A stretch of 37,898 nt of DNA from positions 62,001 through 99,898 of IMG/VR virus record IMGVR_UViG_3300009155_000050, one strand, 5' to 3'. The translations under genes and the position numbers were made by a program. The stretch comes from an uncultured virus (IMG/VR IMGVR_UViG_3300009155_000050). Taxonomy: Duplodnaviria; Heunggongvirae; Uroviricota; Caudoviricetes. The notes under the pieces are model-generated. The model did not search any database. It was given only the letters and a program-made list of their open reading frames with translations, and had not been told where the DNA came from. Positions 28,222-37,100 of the stretch are shown here, piece after piece (within the stretch, counting starts at the first letter, position 1; every line of letters starts with the position of its first letter).

Positions 28222-28469
28222 GCTATTATCCAACTATCGAAATCTGGCCTATCAAGATCAGATGCCGTGATTAATACGCTTGACGCCTTGCCATTTCCAC
28301 TATCGTATATTACAAAGTCCTCGCAAGATAGTGGAAATATTGCAAAGCCATCTGGAATATGTCTTTTAATAAAGTCAAATGCGGCCTGAGTGGTAACATC
28401 ACTGGTATACAATGCGTCTAGGCGCTTCTTTATCGCTAAGCTGTAAATCGAGTTGGTTAGCTGTAACAT
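28182..28469 (-). CDS. Hypothetical protein
   Basis: 95 aa. TAATG stop/start overlap with the upstream gene. Confidence 0.6.
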   Translation of the reverse strand: MLQLTNSIYSLAIKKRLDALYTSDVTTQAAFDFIKRHIPDGFAIFPLSCEDFVIYDSGNGKASSVLITASDLDRPDFDSWIIAYMLDAASSSSSR

Positions 28470-28834
28470 TAGCCAAGGTTTTCTAATTTATAAACCGTCC
28501 GGTAGACTAAAGCCGTTATTTCATCGATAATATTAGCGTAGTAAGAATAAGAGCCAGATAAGTTCTGATTGGCTGATTTCAATTGCTTAGCCAATTGTCG
28601 CAAGTACGGAGCCATCTCTTGCGACAATTGCGCTGGTGAGATGCTAGCAAGTTCGATCAAGCCAAATTCGCCTTGGTACACTTCTACTAATTCATCAATC
28701 AGCGGTAGCAATTGTGTGTAAAAGACATCTAGAGCCTCGTGTTTAGAAAATGACTTGGTAGCAAAGTGTGCAAGGTGCGCTATTTGCCTTGCTTCGAATA
28801 ATTTTAAGATTAGCACGTTGAAAGAATTATTCAT
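28469..28834 (-). CDS. Ferritin-like four-helix phage protein (DUF5856-like)
   Basis: AHLAHFATKSFSKHEALDVFY...DELVEVYQG...IDEI...YKL. Start placed at ATG 28834 (GGAG SD). Confidence 0.65.
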   Translation of the reverse strand: MNNSFNVLILKLFEARQIAHLAHFATKSFSKHEALDVFYTQLLPLIDELVEVYQGEFGLIELASISPAQLSQEMAPYLRQLAKQLKSANQNLSGSYSYYANIIDEITALVYRTVYKLENLG

Positions 28835-29723
28835 TTTTAGCTCCAGCGCCCAATAGATATTGGACCCATGATACTGATAAGATTTTCTCTGCTTGATCCA
28901 TAGAGATCTGGTTATCATAGATTCGCTTAACAATAATTGGTAGTAACCTATTCACAATCCAAGGCTCTAACTGGTCTACATCTACCTCTTTGCGCATGAT
29001 GTTTAAGCCTAGGCGCTTAAACACGTTCTCGTAAGCTGCTTGCGGCCTAGACCAGCGGTTGTTGTATGGGCACCTGATTTGTTTAGATGCAAGCTCGTCT
29101 TCACTATACAACAGTTGTAGGTAAGCCAAATTTTTGGCATCGTATACATGGCCACCATGGCGACTAGTAAATGGATGAGCTGTGATTATTAATCGAACGT
29201 CGTTAGCGCATACGTCCAAAATTTGTTTTAATGCTGGCTCCAAAGTGCTTGACGGCACATGATCGATAACGTCGTGCAAGATAATCGTGTTATACGGAGC
29301 GTTAACTAGCACTGATTCTAGATCGGTGATAAATGTGATCTTGGAATTATCGATGCCGTCCCAAGCTTTATCAGGTGCAATGTCATAGGCACATACGGCA
29401 GACGCTCCGCGCTTAACTAATTCATTTGCTACTAGACCATCTCCGCAGCCAAAGTCTAAGATCCTACAATCTTTTAGCAGAGCTATATCGTAGCTAGACG
29501 CAATCTGTATGGCTCGATAAGTCTTCTCTTGTAGAGTATGACAATCAGAAATAAGATGTTGGGGCCAAGCAGCTGGCCACTCGGGATCTAGAAGATCAGG
29601 CCATGCTGATTCCGGCGCAATAATGGTCGGCTTGATGGGTGCTTCTAACCGTCGAATTAATTCGTCCAATGTGACTAAATTGTGATGTATGGATTGGCGT
29701 AGCGCCTGCAGTTCATCAATCAT
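28827..29723 (-). CDS. Class I SAM-dependent methyltransferase
   Basis: ILDFGCGDG, CAYDI, LHDVIDH. Start placed at ATG 29723 (GGAGG SD). Confidence 0.8.
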   Translation of the reverse strand: MIDELQALRQSIHHNLVTLDELIRRLEAPIKPTIIAPESAWPDLLDPEWPAAWPQHLISDCHTLQEKTYRAIQIASSYDIALLKDCRILDFGCGDGLVANELVKRGASAVCAYDIAPDKAWDGIDNSKITFITDLESVLVNAPYNTIILHDVIDHVPSSTLEPALKQILDVCANDVRLIITAHPFTSRHGGHVYDAKNLAYLQLLYSEDELASKQIRCPYNNRWSRPQAAYENVFKRLGLNIMRKEVDVDQLEPWIVNRLLPIIVKRIYDNQISMDQAEKILSVSWVQYLLGAGAKNE

Positions 29724-30510
29724 GGATCGCCTCCCTGAATTTTTCACATGTCAATTGCAACGTTCTGATTGCCTTGCTTTCGATTTGCCTAACTCGTTCC
29801 CTAGTAACGCCTAATTGCTGTGAGATCTCTTCCAACGTCCTAGGCGTCACCCCTAAGCCGAAGCGGTATATTACAACATGCTGCTGATTTGGCGTTAGAT
29901 TCTTGAATCCATAATTTACGAGGTCTTTGCAATCTGCTTTGAGATCTATTTTCCGCCAGTCATAATCTGAAATGTTAGTCTCTTGACCATATTCGCAATC
30001 CCAGGAAGAGGTCTTATTCCAGACTTTCATGATGTTAGATCTATTGCTATGGACTTTGCTATAAAGGTTCGTCAACATCCCTTTCATTACGTAGGTGGAA
30101 AATCTAAATCCGAGGGCGGGGTTATAAAGATCGATCGACCGCATCAATGTTAAGCAGCACATCTCGTATTCATCTTCATATGTGGCGTTCCTGGTACGTT
30201 GGCTTTCGTATTTGGTAGTGGCGAAATGTGCAAGACTCGCATAGCAGGAAGCTATCATATGCCTAAGATCGTCGTAGGTGTGCTTGAGCGTGGATAATTC
30301 TACGAAATCTATGTCCTCCCTAAATAATGCTTCTCTCAATTGCTTTCGGTAGATGTTATATTTCAGGAAGGCGATCTTTTCGCCTTGCGCTGTGAATATA
30401 GCATGCTCTGTAGCGTTTCTGTCTATTTTAAAGTCAGTATCACAAAACCGATGATTAAGGAGTGTTTCGTCCGAGATCGGAGACTGATTGGTGTAGAAGT
30501 TCAAATCCAT
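29716..30510 (-). CDS. Sigma70-family RNA polymerase sigma factor
   Basis: Region 2 YNPALGFRFSTY and region 4 RFGL...TLEEISQQLGVTRERVRQIESKAI. Start placed at ATG 30510 so as not to overlap the upstream gene. Confidence 0.88.
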   Translation of the reverse strand: MDLNFYTNQSPISDETLLNHRFCDTDFKIDRNATEHAIFTAQGEKIAFLKYNIYRKQLREALFREDIDFVELSTLKHTYDDLRHMIASCYASLAHFATTKYESQRTRNATYEDEYEMCCLTLMRSIDLYNPALGFRFSTYVMKGMLTNLYSKVHSNRSNIMKVWNKTSSWDCEYGQETNISDYDWRKIDLKADCKDLVNYGFKNLTPNQQHVVIYRFGLGVTPRTLEEISQQLGVTRERVRQIESKAIRTLQLTCEKFREAIHD

Positions 30511-30550
30511 ACGTAGGACGCCACGGATCAAGCTTATTCTTTCGAAGTGC

Positions 30551-30799
30551 TCACGTAGACCAATCGTCGTTACGTTCTTCGTTAGATTCTCTGCGTTTTT
30601 TTTGAGTGCGGAGTTCACGACTGGCAGTTGGGTTTTGCAACGACCTTTTAAAAGCATATAGTTCTTTCTCTAATACACCACATTGGTCTAATACGTCTAG
30701 TAGCATATCCTTCATTTCTACGTTCAACTGTACGACGTAAACGTCCAAAAACGGTTCGCAGACATTAAACATTGGACGCTGCATAAAGCTTCTATCCAT
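30551..30799 (-). CDS. Hypothetical protein
   Basis: Small ORF upstream of the sigma gene. Start uncertain. Confidence 0.55.
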   Translation of the reverse strand: MDRSFMQRPMFNVCEPFLDVYVVQLNVEMKDMLLDVLDQCGVLEKELYAFKRSLQNPTASRELRTQKKRRESNEERNDDWST

Positions 30800-30888
30800 A
30801 TTGGCTAACTTGTACAATATTAACTTATTAATTATATATTCGCTCCGCCAAATTTACATATAATAGATTACCGGTTGCGAGATTATCA

Positions 30889-31119
30889 GTGTCTACTCAA
30901 ATTGAGACTATTCTTAGCATACGTAACCAACGATCAGTAGTCGGGCACACCGTGTGGTTGCAGCAGCCATTCGGTGTAAAGATGGTTAACATTACTGCTT
31001 TTGAACCAGACCCTAATACATATCGCGATGATTACTATTATCATGCGGTGCTTAACACCTTATATGTGAAAGTACCGGGCAATAAACCTGGCCTAAAGGT
31101 TTGGAAGACGGCAAACTAA
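30889..31119 (+). CDS. Hypothetical protein translationally coupled to the giant LamG gene
   Basis: 76 aa, GTG start. TAATG overlap at 31117-31121. Confidence 0.6.
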   Translation: MSTQIETILSIRNQRSVVGHTVWLQQPFGVKMVNITAFEPDPNTYRDDYYYHAVLNTLYVKVPGNKPGLKVWKTAN

Positions 31120-34100
31120 TGATCTATAAATTCACACTTCTCGGCGCAAGCCAGTTCGGCACCGAAAATGCTCGGAATAGCTTCGTCACCCCGACGGGTG
31201 TACCTACCTCAGGTATCAGTAGAGTATATGTTAAGTATACAAAGATGTCTGGCAAGGGCGGGGTCTCTTCCAACATCACGCCAACGGGACTGCTAGTCAG
31301 TACTATACTAAACGGGCTGAGTGGTTCGAATTTTAATAACTCCGATCTAGTTTTTGAGTTTACCGGCCCTGGGATTGGCGCTTCGCAGCCAGGACCGGGC
31401 ACTAATTGGATCAGTGGCACTTACCAACCGGCTATAGTCCCGACTTATTACGCTCAACTTATAAACAGTGGTGATTTAAACCCCAACGTCACTTGGCAGT
31501 TCAGCATAGCGACCAATCAATATCCTCTTTCTTTAGAATCAGTAGAACTAGTATTCGAATCGATATCGAACGTGAGTTGCACTGGGACTGCTTTAGCGAT
31601 CTCAGCTTTCGACTTCTACCGAACCACCTACACAGGTACCGATGCGAAGTTACGAGCTTGCTTTAATATTGATAAGTCGCAACCGACTATTTCATTGGCA
31701 AAGCTGACTGACGGAGATGCCAGCACCGGTTGGGCGGCTTTCGGGCTAGCTAATGCTAATGAATCCGCTTGGATAAATTTCGATTTGGGCTCTAATTTCA
31801 ATATTACAAGTTTAGAAGTCGCACCTAGCGGACAGACATGTGTAGCGCCGATTGTTGGCGGTATCGGTGATCAGGGCCGCATTGGTGGCATGAATTATCT
31901 AAATGACGCCAATATACTTTATAGTACTGATGGCGTCACATATAAACTAGCGACCGTGCCGTCTACTGGCGCTACATTTGTGTTTACGAATACTGTTTAC
32001 GGGATTTGGGCTTGTTATCCATTCGCTTTCGTGGCACGGTACGTGAGGATAAGGAGTGCAGTTGCCACTAACGCTGTGCTAGGGCTTTCTAGGTTTAGAT
32101 TGTTTGGCACTGCTGCCACTACAACCACTTCAACCACTACAACCACTACAACTACTACGACCGTTACGCCCACCACCACTATCACTCCAACTACGACGGT
32201 TACGACGACTACCACCACCGGTGCACCATCTGCAACACCAGTCCATGCGTATGACTTTAAAAGGCGTCTTTTAGACGTAAATTCGATCTATCCTGTGGGT
32301 TACACTAATGGTTCGATAGACTTGGCTGACAATAATATAGCAAATGACACTGCTTACGACCCGAACGCAATATACGTTGGCAGTCGTACTAATAGCACCA
32401 CTGGGGCAATTAGATTTAAAGCTCCTACCTCTTCATTCAGCAATCCGACCCAGGGTTACAAATACGTTGCCGAAGGCGTTAATCTTAATGCAAGTAGTAT
32501 TACATTCTGGCTGAAATTCCCGTTGCGCGGCGTTGCAAATGAAACTCTTCCTGATCGCCACATTCTACAGTTGCTTTACGATGATAATTCAATATTTCTT
32601 TTGAGCATTATATCAGGACAATTATATGCATCAAGTAATACAGCTAGTGTTAAGATAGCGGACTTTTACTATCAGGCAGTTCCTGGTCAAACCGGGATGA
32701 TGTTTTCAGAGTGGTATTTCATAACGTTGAGAATTCAACTCGGTAACTGCTATATTCAAGTGTGGAAACAGAACGGCACGAAGATATTCGAAACTGCAGT
32801 AGGTGGTGTCCAATCCGGCTCTAGACGGTTACAAATAGGTGGTTACTTTGACTTAAGTTATATCTTAGGAGTGCCAATTGGGGACGGCAAACGTGTAAAT
32901 CCTAACGCTATTGGACAAGACCTAGCTGATTTGAGGATCTTTGCAACGTTCATTAGCGACGCTCAGATATCAGCCATATACAATGCAGGTTACGGCACCG
33001 ATGTGCCAGCATATACGCCTGACGATTGGCGCTGTCCTATGCATTTATTGGCCTTTAAAAGCAATCTCGATGACACTGGTGCATCTAAGGGTGCAAACGT
33101 TCTGATAACTGCACCAACTAACCTTAGTTACGTGCCGTCAACTAACAGGACCGACGCACGCATCACAAACGGTGCAGTTAACTCGATCAATTTACTAGAG
33201 AATGATAGAGATGGAGTCACCTCATGGGGAAATAGTTCAGGATCTACCGTATTCTACGACTGGATGGTTGGCTTCTGGTGCTCTTTCGGAGCTACTTCTT
33301 TAACAAATCAGACTATCGCTCGATTGGTTCTGAGATCGGGAACAAGCGACTTGCTATTGCTCAAGCTATATCGAAATACCTTTACATTAACATTAGATTT
33401 CTATAGTGACTTTGCTGTCAGGACCGCTTCTGCTACAGTGGTTACAAGTACTGGAGCAGGCGTCGGCTTACCAATGACATCGCTTTGCCATTATGCTATT
33501 CGTTATTCCCAACGCTCTAAATCGTTAACTGTATACGGTAATGGTATACCACGGATTTCAATCGCAGCTGACTTAATAGTTTCTGCAGAATGGGTCAATA
33601 TTGGTGCTACATGGCAATTGGGCAGCAATACAGCTATCGATTCTGCGTTGACTTTCTCCGATTTAAGGTTAATCTGTTTAGGATCCGGCAATCCAGAGTT
33701 CCTAAAGATCAATAGCTTAAACGTTGAGCCCATGTACAATGCAGGGGTAGTCAATGGGCTGGGTTGCCCAACCACTACTACTACTACCACCACTACCACA
33801 GGCACCTCCACCACAAAGCCACCTGAACCCAGACCTTTGCATTATTTCCCTCTTGCCGGAGACATCGGCGATCGAGTTGCTGCAAACATAGGTATCTCAG
33901 CTCTCAATCCGTTCATTACCTCGTTCGACCATAATTTGGATCTCATCACAAACGTAAACGGAAACTTGAATTATTTAGATGTGGCTGGTAGTGCTGCTGG
34001 TAGTGCTGCATCCATCAATGGCTCTTTGAAAGCTGTGGCTTTAAGACTTGATAAATATGAATCCGGCCATGCCTTGCGCGCATATAGCTTGCAGTCTTTT

Positions 34101-37100
34101 ATGTTTAATGGCGGCAGAAACCTTCCGCCATCGCCACGCGGCACAATTCAGTTCTGGGTTAAGTTCAATTGCGTAAAAGGAGATTGGCATCTAAAAAATA
34201 TCATAACATTCGCCAGTAACCCCAGTAACGCAAGTTCTCGTTCCGGGACGTTTAGACTTATTCTAGAAGGAGATGGCTATCTTTATTTCTATGAAGGGAA
34301 TAATGGTTCGTGGTTAGGTAAAGTAGATGTTGATTTCCTAGTAGACACTTGGTACTTCTTTAATATCTGCATGTATATTGACGAAGCAAGGCCTGTCAAT
34401 CTGCAGACTACAATTTCTATCAGCGCCTTCGCCATGCTTGATCGTATAAACAATATACTGTTTGAAAAAACTTGGCAATTTTTGTACTACAGGCGAGCTT
34501 TAGGCTATCTCAATTACATACACATTGGTGGCGACGGCAGCACATGGGCGCCTTATTACGATAGAGATATTGCCGGTGCTCAAACTTTGATGGTAAGTGG
34601 TTTAGTAATTTGGGATGTTTTAATATTCGCAGCCAAGGCCAAAGAGCTATTCAACTACGGCAACGGTATAAATTATTCGTGGCCATATATTCCGTGGGGA
34701 GATGTGCAGTGTCCGGTTCACCGATTCCCGTTTGACAATGACGCATTGGATGTTAGTCGAATAAATCTTTATGCACCGCTACAGTGCAATGCATACGGTG
34801 ATATAAATTTCACGCCATCTTTGATGGGTGATGCTGTAGTGTATAACTCTGCTGTCGATCCAGCTGGGTATTTGAGTATAGTGTCGCTAGCTTCCGAATC
34901 AATTCCGATTTGGCAAAACTGCGCATCTTGTAATATGATAGGGTCAGGCAACAGTTATGGCATCAGCATATGGTTCAAAGACACTGATTTCAAGACAGCT
35001 AAACTTGACACAACAGGTAGCGACGCTGTATTGCAGCTTTCTTACCTTAATGAAGATGGTTCGAAAGTCCCCGTCACTAGCGTGTCTCAAATTTTACCAG
35101 GTTTAGATCGTAGACCCTTGCTAAATTATTTTAAAAATGATTTTCCGCCGTCAAGATATACTATCTGGGATTTTGGTAGCAGCCCGAAGGTGGGTGTTTG
35201 GAATCACCTGGTAATCAGCTATGATGGACATTACAACCGTTACGTACTCTACTTGAATGGACAGGCGTGTGTCGACGACCAAAGGGATTACCGACCACTA
35301 ACACCTATCGGCGCTCCGAAGAAGATCGGGATGGTATTAGATCTAGGTGGATCCACGCAGTGGTCGTTCGACGAGTTAAGGATATATGATCGTCAGCTTA
35401 GCTCTATTGACGCACTCACGTTATACGGTGGTGGTAGCGGCAATGCAGAGACATGTCGAGATCCTGGTCCGACTACGACATCAACTACAACCACTACTAC
35501 GCCACCTTATGTTAATACCCCTTACCACTACTACCCTTTCTCGCAAGACACTTATGATTACTTTTACGACTCTGATATAGCAGCTGTGGGAGGTGTGTTT
35601 GAGACTTTCGATGGTGTGACAGGCTTCACGCCACCGTCAACTGGAGCCCAACACTCCGCCACGTTTGGTGGGTTTACGTTCTCAGACGAAGAACTGGTTT
35701 TCACGGTATTCATAAGGCCAGTGGCTAGTTCGACAGAACTGGCAATCATTTCATTAGATATCAACAATATCACTAACTTAAACGTCGAAACTACTCAGAC
35801 ATTCGAGCTAAGATTACAGGCACCAGGAACGTTGAGGGTAGCATGGAATGGAGTGGAATCTACCCTTATTAACATATCGTTGCCCATCAACGCTTGGTCG
35901 TTCCTTGCGTTCAAGCGACTTAAATCAGGCTTTACTGCTATTTCACTAAATAATGGGTCGTGGTATAACGGTCCAATCATTAATGCCAATGCTAATATTA
36001 ATATTTCAAGAATCCTGATTAATGCAGCTACTTTCGCAGATTTAAGATTTTACTCTGACAAAGATGTAAACTTTTCCGCTATCTTTAATCAAGGTAAACC
36101 TAAGCCTTTAACTGTCTTTAATTGGCGCTATCAATATAAAAATCCAATCCACCATTATAAATGCGACGGCACAGCCATTGACAAGATTTATGGTCTAGAT
36201 TTAGCTGCGGGAGCAAGCACTTCTTATTCAGCTGGTGCACCCAAACTGGGCGGGCAAAGCTTAAGAGTTGGTGGGTCAGTATCTTACGACGTAGCATTCA
36301 ATGCTAACACTGGTCCGGTGCCGGGTGGCGTTATCAGCAACGCGGGTGGGCAGGGGGACTACGGTTACGCTTTCTGGCTAGACTGGGGCCAAGACGCCTA
36401 CTCTGGCAAAATAACTAGCCAAGAAAGCACCACAACGATATGGTTTTCGCTGCAAGTTCTACGCACAGCGACAGATGCCACCTTGTCGCTCAGTGTAGTG
36501 AATTTCTTTGGCACCACGGTAACCACCAGCATCTACGTGACGCCTCTGAGCACCTTGCCAAAATGGACTCACGTAGCATTCAGGTACAATTCTCTAAACG
36601 AGGTTCTGTTTGCCTATATCGACGCCGTTTGCGTCGCTACGACCGCAGTTCTGATCAGACCGATTGCTAACTTACAGGCAATTCAGCAAACTTTGTATTT
36701 AGGATCATCGGCGACCGTCGGCGCAATGCCACAAGTAAACTTCAATGATTATAGAATCTACATGTTCTTACGTGGGCAGGATGTCGCTAAACTATTTGAA
36801 GGCACTTACGAATCTTATGCTCCGACATTTCCACCTACAACCGACCAAGTGCATCATTACAGGTTTAATAATACAACTTATGATTCCTGGGGCAATCAGG
36901 ACTTGGTCCCGATCTCCAATGGTGGCTATGGCATCACCTACGTCAATAGGACTTTCGCTGGTGTATCGCAACCATGCGGCGCTAGATTCCGAGCGATCAA
37001 TGCAGAGTATGCTTGGTATAACGTAAGTTCTAGTGGGAATTGGCTCAGTGCAGGGCTTAGTTCTTTTACGGTCGCAGGCTGGTTCAGGATAGATAACAAT

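Noticed and set aside
920..31118. tRNA or structured ncRNA genes in intergenic gaps
   Set aside because: The gaps are short and AT-rich, and no cloverleaf or T-loop signature was seen by eye. tRNAscan-SE or Infernal would be needed to be sure.
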